Shown piece by piece: positions 48,537 through 56,405 of a stretch of DNA of 63,232 nt; the stretch's first letter is position 1, and each line of letters starts with the position of its first letter. A program made the translations under genes and the position numbers. The DNA is taken from positions 1 to 63,232 of the forward strand of contig CANFIN010000004.1 of the NCBI GenBank assembly GCA_947447155.1, given 5' to 3'. The notes under the pieces are model-generated. The model searched no databases. It saw nothing but the letters and a program-made list of their open reading frames with translations, and had not been told where the DNA came from. This DNA is from Bacteroidota bacterium (GTDB lineage Bacteria > Bacteroidota > Bacteroidia > AKYH767-A > OLB10).

Positions 48537-50132
48537 ATGAACAACAGCAAAAACAATTTCCCTTCATTCAACAGCTTATTAACGCTGATGATATGCTTTT
48601 TGCTTCAATTTCATTCTGCATCTGCTACCAACCGTGACTCACTTAAAACGGCATACTATAAAAATGAAATTATAAACGGATTAGTGAGTGATGAGGACCA
48701 AATAAGAGCTGGACTACTATACGATGTAACAAGAGATCAAATAGTATGGGATAAAAAAGGAGATCAGGTTTTTCCTATTGCTTCTTTGACAAAAATGATG
48801 GTTGGATTATTAGCCATTGAAGATATTGAAGCTGGTAAAATATCGATGACCGATACAATTACGATTACTGAAAGCTATCGAAAAAAAATACGCAGAAGAA
48901 AGTGGGCCACTTATACAGTTGCATATAATTATTCATTTGAGGATGTTTTAAAAATGGCAATGGTAGCTTCTCATAATCAAAGTACGATATGGATTGCTAA
49001 ACACTGTTCTGCATCCGTAGAAGAATTTGTTACTAGAATGAATGATAAGGCAGCTGAACTTGGATTATCATCAACAAAATATTATAATACGTCAGGATTG
49101 CCAGGATATGGCCCTACGCCAGATAACTGCTCTACGCCAAAAGACTTACTACAACTAGGAATGGAAATCACAAAGCATCCTTTGTTGATGAAGATTACTT
49201 CTATTCCATATGCAACCGTAAACAATGGAAAATTCAAAACCACTTACCGCAATCACAACGGACTTGTAATTAATTACAATGAAGAAGTAGATGGAATTAA
49301 AACTGGTTATACAAAAGCAGCTGGATTTTGTTTGGTTTCAACTTGTAGTCGTGGTGGACATAAATTGATGGGTGTTGTGTTAGGATGCTCAAGTGCAATA
49401 GTTAGAAATGGATTAGTAGCCTCTATGGTGAATAATTATTTTGATGCTATCAAACTAGGTCGTTTAGGAGAAGGACCAATAGATGGCTTTGAGTCAAAAC
49501 TGTTTTTAGATAGTGTAGACCGTAGACTTGCAACAATAACTCCAGCTATCGACACAACGACTAGGGTGGCTCCTGATTTAAAGTATGCATTTACTTACAA
49601 GACTATTTATGAAAAAGTAAAAACAACGCATACTGTTAAGCGAGGAGAAAACCTAAGTAAAATTGCAGACCGTTACAATGTTGCACTTGCAGATTTGAAA
49701 AAATGGAATAGAATTAAAAAGAATTCTCTTCAGTCGGGGCAAAAATTAGCGTTATATAAAACTGTTAAGAAAAAGATTCAAATAAAAATTGTAATTGATC
49801 CTGATGAAGAAAAAGAAGATTTAGCGTGTGATGGAAAAGATTTAGATTGTGCTAAAGAAGAAACGGGAATTGCAAAAAATATAATTGAGTTGAAAGATGA
49901 ACCTTTAGTTGAAAGGAAAACAACTATTGCAAAAACAACTACTGTTTTAGCAAGCACTACTGTTAGAAGAAATAAACCTGTTTTTATTTACCATACGGTT
50001 CAACCAGGTGATACACTTTGGAGAATATCACAACGTTATCAGTTAAACATTGATGATATTAAAAAGGCTAATAATATTTCCGGTAACACTTTGAAAAAAG
50101 GTGTTAAAATCAAAATACCTGTTAAAGGTTAA
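48537..50132 (+). CDS. D-alanyl-D-alanine carboxypeptidase (S11) with two C-terminal LysM domains
   Basis: Signal peptide after the ATG at 48537. SLTK (SxxK), SHN (SxN) and KTGYT (KTG) motifs. Two LysM repeats (HTVKRGENLSKIADRY.. and YHTVQPGDTLWRISQRY..). Confidence 0.85.
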   Translation: MNNSKNNFPSFNSLLTLMICFLLQFHSASATNRDSLKTAYYKNEIINGLVSDEDQIRAGLLYDVTRDQIVWDKKGDQVFPIASLTKMMVGLLAIEDIEAGKISMTDTITITESYRKKIRRRKWATYTVAYNYSFEDVLKMAMVASHNQSTIWIAKHCSASVEEFVTRMNDKAAELGLSSTKYYNTSGLPGYGPTPDNCSTPKDLLQLGMEITKHPLLMKITSIPYATVNNGKFKTTYRNHNGLVINYNEEVDGIKTGYTKAAGFCLVSTCSRGGHKLMGVVLGCSSAIVRNGLVASMVNNYFDAIKLGRLGEGPIDGFESKLFLDSVDRRLATITPAIDTTTRVAPDLKYAFTYKTIYEKVKTTHTVKRGENLSKIADRYNVALADLKKWNRIKKNSLQSGQKLALYKTVKKKIQIKIVIDPDEEKEDLACDGKDLDCAKEETGIAKNIIELKDEPLVERKTTIAKTTTVLASTTVRRNKPVFIYHTVQPGDTLWRISQRYQLNIDDIKKANNISGNTLKKGVKIKIPVKG

Positions 50133-50145
50133 TTCCTCATCATTT

Positions 50146-50703
50146 ATGAAAAACGTATTCTTGACTTTTTTGTCAATTATCATTAGCAATTATTGTGTTG
50201 CACAAACTGCAAAAAGCTCAGTAAAACTTCCTATTGATGAAACATCAAAACTAATCACGTATACAAAAGTGATTGATGCTCCTAATCAAACGAAAGATGT
50301 TTTATTTGATAGGGCATTAGCATGGGCTCATGGTTATTATAAAAACCCTACAGATGTAATCAGAGAGCAAAATAAAGAAGATGGCAAAATAGTTTGCAAG
50401 GGACGTTATAAATTTTCTAATCCTGCAGATAAAAAAGGTTTTGCTTCTGACGCTGGCTTGATTCAATACACGTGTACATTGTTATTCAAGGATGGGAAAA
50501 TAAAATATACTTTATCAGAAAATAATTGGAAACAAACATCCTACTATGCTTGTGAAAAATGGATGGATACTAGCAGCCAATATTACAAAACAGAATTTGA
50601 ATTTTATTTACAACAACTAGACACCAACTCTAAAGAAATATTAAAATCGCTGGAGAAAGAATGTCTTAATCCAAAGACAGAAAAAGCAAAAGATAATTGG
50701 TGA
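50146..50703 (+). CDS. DUF4468-like secreted protein
   Basis: Signal peptide MKNVFLTFLSIIISNYCVAQ, then ..IDETSKLITYTKVI......K..LF.RAL.W.. pattern. Confidence 0.6.
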   Translation: MKNVFLTFLSIIISNYCVAQTAKSSVKLPIDETSKLITYTKVIDAPNQTKDVLFDRALAWAHGYYKNPTDVIREQNKEDGKIVCKGRYKFSNPADKKGFASDAGLIQYTCTLLFKDGKIKYTLSENNWKQTSYYACEKWMDTSSQYYKTEFEFYLQQLDTNSKEILKSLEKECLNPKTEKAKDNW

Positions 50704-51885
50704 TTAGATTTTCCGAGTAATTGAATCGAAAGTGACAATCGGATTTTCAAAATTAATATTTGATACTTGAACTAAACCTGGAGCATATCCGGGTTTTATT
50801 TTTCCAATTGAATTATCAAGCTGTAATGCTCTTGCTCCATTAATCGTAGCCCATTTTATTAGTTGTTCAAAAGGAATTTGATTGTTTAATTGACTGATCG
50901 TTTTTACCTCCTCCCAAACAGATAACTGATGATTACTTGCTAAGCTATCAGTACCTATCACTATTTTTAAAGAATCATTTGTGTAGTTAGTTAAATCAGG
51001 CGTTTCATTAGTAATGTATTTATTTGCATGAACGCATAAACACCAATATAAATTAGCATTCATTCGATTCGCCAATTCGATTTCAGCTTGTGTCGTTTTT
51101 ACATTGTGCACTAAAATAAAAGGAGAAGCATTATTTAACTGCTGAACACAATCAATCAAAACACTTTCATTTGTAATATTATCAAAATCATTAACAGGCA
51201 ACTTATATTTTTCAAATACTTCTTTCAAAGGACCAGACTTACTTTTGCAAAATAAAATTTCATCATCACTTTCGTTGATATGAATGGATGATGCTGAATT
51301 ATTTTTTAAATGTTCATTTACCAGCTGCAGTAATTTTTTACTTATTGAATAAGGCGCATGTAAGGCCAGAGAAACACTCGTAAGATTATTTTGAATAAAC
51401 TGATCGACTAACGACACACCATTATCGAAACGACTTTGCGCACTTGCAGCCGACATTCCCATTACTTCAACAAATGTGTGATAGTGAATACGACTATTTT
51501 TTTTCACATCTATAGAAACAGCGGAATTAGAAATATCTCCAACGGCTACAATTCCTTCTTCAAACATTCTTTTATCTTGAAGCAACATCGCATTGGTGCA
51601 TTCAAGCATATTCGTTTTATCTCTTCCTGAAAATATCTGATCAATAAATCCTGCCATTCCGTTATGACGAGGAGTTATCTTGTTTTCTAAATGAGATAGC
51701 TCCAAATGACAATGCGCATTGACTAATCCTGGAATAAGAATACCTTCTACAAATCTATAATCCTGAAAGGTATCATCTTGAAAAATGGAAACGATTACTC
51801 CATGATCATTGACTTCAACAATGCCATTCCTCAGCGGAGGTCCATCGTTGGTAATTATCAAATCAGATTTATAGAATATCGACAT
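50704..51885 (-). CDS. Metal-dependent amidohydrolase-superfamily protein (deaminase/chlorohydrolase-like)
   Basis: NAHCHLELSH (HxH) near the N-terminus and ..GTDS.. near the C-terminus. The ATG at 51885 is supported by a -7 box 5 nt upstream (track start 51903 is TTG). Confidence 0.75.
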   Translation of the reverse strand: MSIFYKSDLIITNDGPPLRNGIVEVNDHGVIVSIFQDDTFQDYRFVEGILIPGLVNAHCHLELSHLENKITPRHNGMAGFIDQIFSGRDKTNMLECTNAMLLQDKRMFEEGIVAVGDISNSAVSIDVKKNSRIHYHTFVEVMGMSAASAQSRFDNGVSLVDQFIQNNLTSVSLALHAPYSISKKLLQLVNEHLKNNSASSIHINESDDEILFCKSKSGPLKEVFEKYKLPVNDFDNITNESVLIDCVQQLNNASPFILVHNVKTTQAEIELANRMNANLYWCLCVHANKYITNETPDLTNYTNDSLKIVIGTDSLASNHQLSVWEEVKTISQLNNQIPFEQLIKWATINGARALQLDNSIGKIKPGYAPGLVQVSNINFENPIVTFDSITRKI

Positions 51886-51890
51886 CGTGT

Positions 51891-51898
51891 CAAAATTA
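51891..51898 (-). promoter_or_regulatory. Candidate -7 box TAATTTTG, 5 nt before the ATG at 51885
   Basis: Exact TAnnTTTG on the minus strand. Spacer ACACG. Confidence 0.45.
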
Positions 51899-51933
51899 AT
51901 CAATTAGCTGTTGTTATCAATCATTGGTGATAG

Positions 51934-51941
51934 TATCTTTG
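51934..51941 (+). promoter_or_regulatory. Candidate -7 box TATCTTTG, 4 nt before the rlmN ATG
   Basis: Exact TAnnTTTG. Back-to-back with the divergent box at 51891-51898 inside a 60-nt intergenic gap. Confidence 0.45.
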
Positions 51942-51945
51942 CGTC

Positions 51946-52989
51946 ATGGAAAAACCAAATCTTCGACATTTGAATTTAGATCAGATGAAAGCTTACTTTG
52001 TTGAGATTGGAGAGAAGCCATTTCGTGCAAAGCAGGTTTACGAATGGATCTGGAAAAAATCAGCGCGTAATTTCGAACAAATGACGAATTTGTCGATTGA
52101 GACAAGAGCTAAGTTAGAAGAGAAGTTTTCCATTAATCCAGTACAAGTACAGAATCATCAGAAGAGCAACGACAGAACTATTAAGAATGCTTTTCAATTA
52201 CATGATGGCTTTGTGGTAGAAGGCGTGCTTATTCCTACGGATACACGCATGACTGCTTGCGTATCATCTCAAGTTGGATGTAGTTTAACCTGTAAATTTT
52301 GTGCTACTGGTAAATTAGACCGCGTACGTAATTTACACTTTGATGAGATTTATGATCAGGTAGCAATTATTCGTGAGCAAGCAATGGAAAATTATAATAT
52401 CCAACTTTCCAATATTGTATACATGGGCATGGGAGAACCGTTGTTGAATTACGCGAATGTTTTAAAAAGCATTGAGCGTATTACAGCGTCTGATGGACTA
52501 AATATGTCGCATAACCGAATTACTGTTTCTACAGCCGGCGTTGCGAAGATGATTAAAAAGCTTGGCGATGACGAAGTGAAATTTAATCTTGCTTTATCAT
52601 TACACGCTGCGAACGACGCGAAGAGAAGTCAGATAATGCCGATTAATGAATCGAATTCATTAGAAGTATTAGAAGAAGCGCTAAAATATTTTTACGATAA
52701 AACAGGAACTCGTATAACATTAGAGTATATCGTATTTAAAGACTTCAACGATTCACTTCAAGATGCGAAAGAGCTAGCTTTATTTGCGAGAAAAGTACCT
52801 TCAAAAATTAATTTAATTGAATATAACTCGATTGGCGACTCGATGTTTAATAATACTTCCGAAGAAAAATTAAATAAGTTTTTCCAGTACCTTGCTAAAG
52901 AAGGTCTCATTGTTAATTTGAGAAGAAGTCGAGGAAAAGATATTGATGCTGCCTGCGGACAATTAGCGAATAAGAGTGCAGTAAAATAA
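51946..52989 (+). CDS. rlmN: 23S rRNA/tRNA adenine-C2 methyltransferase (radical SAM)
   Basis: 347 aa with a CSLTCKFCATG cluster and ..MGMGEPL.N. Confidence 0.95.
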   Translation: MEKPNLRHLNLDQMKAYFVEIGEKPFRAKQVYEWIWKKSARNFEQMTNLSIETRAKLEEKFSINPVQVQNHQKSNDRTIKNAFQLHDGFVVEGVLIPTDTRMTACVSSQVGCSLTCKFCATGKLDRVRNLHFDEIYDQVAIIREQAMENYNIQLSNIVYMGMGEPLLNYANVLKSIERITASDGLNMSHNRITVSTAGVAKMIKKLGDDEVKFNLALSLHAANDAKRSQIMPINESNSLEVLEEALKYFYDKTGTRITLEYIVFKDFNDSLQDAKELALFARKVPSKINLIEYNSIGDSMFNNTSEEKLNKFFQYLAKEGLIVNLRRSRGKDIDAACGQLANKSAVK

Positions 52990-52990
52990 A

Positions 52991-53587
52991 TTATTGCTCT
53001 GTAATATTTTTCATGTATTGCGCAACATACTTTCCAAGAATATCAAATTCAAGATTGACAGTATCTCCTACTTTCAGATACTGAAAAATTGTATGCTCAT
53101 AGGTATAAGGAATAATTGCAACTGAAAAACTTCCTTTCGATGATTCTACCACTGTCAGGCTAACACCATTCACACAAATAGACCCTTTTGTTACGGTGTA
53201 ATGCTGACTGTTTTTATCATATTGAAAATAAAATATCCAGCTACCATCTACCTCATCAATCTGTGCCATCGTTGCTGTTTCATCTACATGCCCTTGTACG
53301 ATATGTCCATCGAGGCGAGAACCCGCCACCATACAACGTTCGATGTTTACTTTAGAACCCACTTGTAAATGTCCGAGGTTTGTTTTTGAAAGAGTTTCGG
53401 CTATAGCTGTAACAAAATAAGTATCGTTAGCTATTTCTACAACAGTTAAACAAACACCATTGTGGGCTACACTCTGATCTATTTTAAGTTCATTTGTAAA
53501 CGAGCATTTAAATCCAAAGGTAATATTGCTTTGCGATTGCTTTATTTCTACCACTTCTGCAATCGATTCGATGATTCCTGTAAACAT
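52991..53587 (-). CDS. ribE: Riboflavin synthase alpha chain
   Basis: 198 aa with MFTGIIE. and two lumazine-binding repeats (..GVCLTV.. and ..GVSLTV..). Confidence 0.95.
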   Translation of the reverse strand: MFTGIIESIAEVVEIKQSQSNITFGFKCSFTNELKIDQSVAHNGVCLTVVEIANDTYFVTAIAETLSKTNLGHLQVGSKVNIERCMVAGSRLDGHIVQGHVDETATMAQIDEVDGSWIFYFQYDKNSQHYTVTKGSICVNGVSLTVVESSKGSFSVAIIPYTYEHTIFQYLKVGDTVNLEFDILGKYVAQYMKNITEQ

Positions 53588-53591
53588 GTTG

Positions 53592-53599
53592 CAAAGATA
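53592..53599 (-). promoter_or_regulatory. Candidate -7 box TATCTTTG, 4 nt before the ribE ATG
   Basis: Exact TAnnTTTG on the minus strand. Spacer CAAC. Confidence 0.45.
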
Positions 53600-53749
53600 G
53601 GAAAGGGATGAAATTATTTAAGTATTGCTTTCAATAAAGTCATTTATTTGATCTGGAATTATTTTTTACGAATATGATATTATGTGAATATTATCCGATC
53701 TTAAATATTTACAAACGATTAAATCAATTAAACTTCATTAGGTGGTAAT

Positions 53750-53757
53750 TATATTTG
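53750..53757 (+). promoter_or_regulatory. Candidate -7 box TATATTTG, 4 nt before the ATG at 53762
   Basis: Exact TAnnTTTG. Confidence 0.45.
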
Positions 53758-53761
53758 CCTA

Positions 53762-54049
53762 ATGCAAGGTTATATGTATATTTTAGAATGCTCCGACAGT
53801 AGCTTTTATGTTGGAAGCACTCACGATTTAGATTTAAGGTTGGCTCAAAATCAAGCTGGAGAAGGTGCCAACTATACTAAAAAGGCACTACCTATAAAGC
53901 TTGTTTATTATGAAGTTTTTGCTCGAATTGATGAGGCATTTTATAGGGAAAAACAAGTTCAGGGTTGGAGCAGAAGAAAAAAGCTGGCATTGATAAATAG
54001 TGATAATTATAAATTACCTGAATTATCAAAAGCTTATCGAGATAGGTAG
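53762..54049 (+). CDS. Small GIY-YIG (URI) nuclease-domain protein
   Basis: 95 aa with ..YMYILECSDSSFYVGST (GIY..YIG-type) and ..EGANYT....P.KLVYYE.F....EA..REKQVQGWSRRKK. Confidence 0.85.
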   Translation: MQGYMYILECSDSSFYVGSTHDLDLRLAQNQAGEGANYTKKALPIKLVYYEVFARIDEAFYREKQVQGWSRRKKLALINSDNYKLPELSKAYRDR

Positions 54050-54052
54050 AGA

Positions 54053-54175
54053 GCGCTTCGCGCTTCGAGAGCCTCAGCGACCGATACGCTTCGATAGCCT
54101 CAGCGACCGAAGCCTGCAATACTTTGAATGCAAAAAGTCCTGGTCCCTGAGGCACTCGAAGGGAAAGGACCTTTG
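54053..54175 (+). repeat. GC-rich, internally repeated and self-complementary tail immediately 3' of the GIY-YIG gene
   Basis: 24-nt direct repeats at 54061-54084 and 54087-54110 (23/24 identical). 54063-54077 is the reverse complement of 54147-54161 (14/15). GCTTCG / CGAAGC short stems. Much more GC-rich than its surroundings. Confidence 0.75.
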
Positions 54176-54207
54176 TATAGTCCGTTATATGTATTTCAAA
54201 TATTCCA

Positions 54208-54215
54208 TACATTTG
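54208..54215 (+). promoter_or_regulatory. Candidate -7 box TACATTTG, 21 nt before the DPP-IV ATG
   Basis: Exact TAnnTTTG. Confidence 0.35.
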
Positions 54216-54236
54216 CCAACGCTAAAACCTATTCAT

Positions 54237-56357
54237 ATGAGAGCTGCATTTATTGCTTTATTCGTATTTGTTACTACCGTAACTTTTGCACAAAAGAAAA
54301 ATCTAACGCTTGATGAAGCTGTATTGCAGCAACGCACTACACTTGCGCCTAAACGACTTGCACAACTGCAGTGGGTGGCGAATACAGATTCTTATAGTTA
54401 TACAGAAGGTGAGAAATTAATAGTTGAAAGCATTACAGCTACGACCAAAAAAGAATATTTATTAGCTGATATTAATTCAATTTTAAAAGGTACAAAACAA
54501 GATACGCTTGCGCGATGGTCGACAATAGTTTGGAAAAGTGTAAACGCTATTGAAATTCAAGTTGGAGATAATTCAATCACAATTGATTTATCAAGCAAAA
54601 AAATCACAAACACTAAAACAAGTAAACTCACTGAAACAGCACAAGTACCAGAAAATGGCCCGCAGGGAGATGTGGCTTATGTGATCGATAACAATATTTA
54701 TATCGACGGAAAAAAAATCACAACCGATGGTAACTACGGTTTAGTTTATGGTAAGAGTGTACACCGCGAAGAGTTCGGAATTGAAAAGGGATTGTTCTGG
54801 TCGAATAGCGGATCTCAACTTGCTTTCTACAGAATGGATCAAAGCATGGTAGCTGATTATCCAATCATCAACTGGAACGATAAACCAGCATCCGAAAAAT
54901 TAATTAAATATCCGTTTGCAGGAGCTACGAGTCATGAAGTAACTATTGGTATTTATAATAAGTCGGATGGAAAAACAACTTACTTAAAAACAGGATTACC
55001 GAAAGATCATTACCTGACAAATATTGCTTGGAGTCCTGATGATAAAACTGTTTACGTAGCAGAATTAAATCGTGATCAGAATGAAATGAACCTTAATAGT
55101 TATAATGCAGCTACAGGTGATTTTATCAAAACACTTTTCACAGAAAAAGATGAAAAATACACAGAGCCACTACACCCTATTGAGTTTTTACCAAACAACG
55201 CTCAGCAATTTATCTGGCAAAGTAGAAAAGATGGATTTAATCATTTATACTTATATGATACAAACGGAAAATTAATTCGTCAGTTAACAAAAGGAAATTG
55301 GGAAGTAATTGATGTAACAGGTTTCAACAAAAAAGGAGATAAAATTTATTTTACTTCAACTATCAATAGTGGCATCAACAGAGATTTTTGTTCGACAACA
55401 ATTAGCAATGGAAAAACAACACGTTTAACCTCAAGTGATGGAGTGCATACTCCAATTTTCAATGCAACAACTGAAAACTTCATCGATAATTTCAGTTCAT
55501 TAAACACACCACGCATTATCAAAGTTATTTCATCTCAAGGAAAAGAAATCAAAACACTTTTAACAGCTGAAAATCCGCTGAAAAATTATGCAATTGGTAC
55601 TACTAAATTATTCACAATAAAATCAGAATTAGGAGATGACCTATTTTGTCGAATGGTGTTGCCTATAAATTTCGACTCCACCAAAAAATATCCTGTTATC
55701 GTTTACTTATATGGTGGTCCGCATGCACAAATGGTAACAAACACCTGGCTTGCTGGTGGCGACTTATGGTATCAATACATGGCAGAGAAAGGATACATTG
55801 TTTTCACATTGGACAATCACGGTAGTGGAAATAGAGGAAAAGCATTTGAGCAAGCTACCTTCCGTCAATTAGGCACTGTTGAAATGATTGATCAACTAAC
55901 GGGTGTGGATTACCTAAAATCGCTTCCTTGCGTTGATGCAAATAGAATGGGTGTTCACGGATGGAGCTTTGGTGGTTTCATGACAACCTCTTTAATGACT
56001 CGCAACCCTGGAATTTTCAAAGCAGCAGTTGCAGGTGGACCAGTTATCGACTGGAGTTACTACGAAGTGATGTATACTGAGCGTTACATGGATACGCCAG
56101 AAAAAAATCCCGAAGGTTATAAAAACAACAACCTTTTAAATTACGTGGATAAACTACAAGGTAAATTAATGTTGATTCATGGAACCTCTGATGATGTTGT
56201 AGTATGGCAACATACGATGATGTATCTGAAAAAAGCTGTCAGTAAAAATATACTTTTAGACTACTTTGCTTACCCTGGACATTTGCACAATGTAACTGGA
56301 AAAGACAGAGTGCATTTGATGGGAAAGATTTCGCAATACTTCGAAGAAAACCTTTAA
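54237..56357 (+). CDS. Dipeptidyl-peptidase IV family serine peptidase (S9B)
   Basis: Start at MRAAFIALFVFVTTVTFAQ (signal peptide). N-terminal beta-propeller. GWSFGG nucleophile elbow and ..HGTSDDVV.. The ORF-track extension back to 54000 reads through the GIY-YIG tail. Confidence 0.9.
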   Translation: MRAAFIALFVFVTTVTFAQKKNLTLDEAVLQQRTTLAPKRLAQLQWVANTDSYSYTEGEKLIVESITATTKKEYLLADINSILKGTKQDTLARWSTIVWKSVNAIEIQVGDNSITIDLSSKKITNTKTSKLTETAQVPENGPQGDVAYVIDNNIYIDGKKITTDGNYGLVYGKSVHREEFGIEKGLFWSNSGSQLAFYRMDQSMVADYPIINWNDKPASEKLIKYPFAGATSHEVTIGIYNKSDGKTTYLKTGLPKDHYLTNIAWSPDDKTVYVAELNRDQNEMNLNSYNAATGDFIKTLFTEKDEKYTEPLHPIEFLPNNAQQFIWQSRKDGFNHLYLYDTNGKLIRQLTKGNWEVIDVTGFNKKGDKIYFTSTINSGINRDFCSTTISNGKTTRLTSSDGVHTPIFNATTENFIDNFSSLNTPRIIKVISSQGKEIKTLLTAENPLKNYAIGTTKLFTIKSELGDDLFCRMVLPINFDSTKKYPVIVYLYGGPHAQMVTNTWLAGGDLWYQYMAEKGYIVFTLDNHGSGNRGKAFEQATFRQLGTVEMIDQLTGVDYLKSLPCVDANRMGVHGWSFGGFMTTSLMTRNPGIFKAAVAGGPVIDWSYYEVMYTERYMDTPEKNPEGYKNNNLLNYVDKLQGKLMLIHGTSDDVVVWQHTMMYLKKAVSKNILLDYFAYPGHLHNVTGKDRVHLMGKISQYFEENL

Positions 56358-56367
56358 GACGTTAATA

Positions 56368-56405
56368 GGTGGCCGTTAGTAATTAACGGTCGCCACCAAA
56401 TTTTG
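56368..56405 (+). terminator. Intrinsic terminator after the DPP-IV gene, overlapping the 3' end of convergent pdxA
   Basis: GGTGGC+CGTTA ... TAACG+GCCACC interrupted stem, followed by AAATTTTG. Confidence 0.5.

Noticed and set aside
53588-53761. FMN (RFN) riboswitch upstream of ribE
   Set aside because: The upstream region is uniformly AT-rich and lacks the conserved GC-rich RFN core. A -7 box also sits 4 nt from the ribE ATG, leaving no room for a leader.
54061-54110. CRISPR-like array (this 24-nt repeat pair and the 13-nt tandem repeat at 21058-21094)
   Set aside because: Each has only two to three units, with no spacers of CRISPR length (2-nt and 0-nt gaps) and no cas genes in the window.
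54053-54175. tRNA or RNase P-like RNA hidden in the GC-rich tail (TTCGA-type and AAAGTCC strings)
   Set aside because: TTCGAG, TTCGAT and AAAGTCC strings are present. No cloverleaf with acceptor, D, anticodon and T arms can be drawn. The element is far too short and lacks the other conserved RNase P regions.
53892-54212. 106-aa minus-strand ORF across the GIY-YIG 3' end and tail
   Set aside because: It is antisense to a well-supported gene and to the repeat element. It has no recognisable family, and the GC-rich repeat explains the open frame.
54000-54236. 79-codon N-terminal extension of the DPP-IV ORF in the ORF track
   Set aside because: It overlaps the 3' end of the GIY-YIG gene and reads through the GC-rich repeat tail. 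The protein has a canonical signal peptide starting at the ATG at 54237, and a TACATTTG box lies inside the supposed extension.
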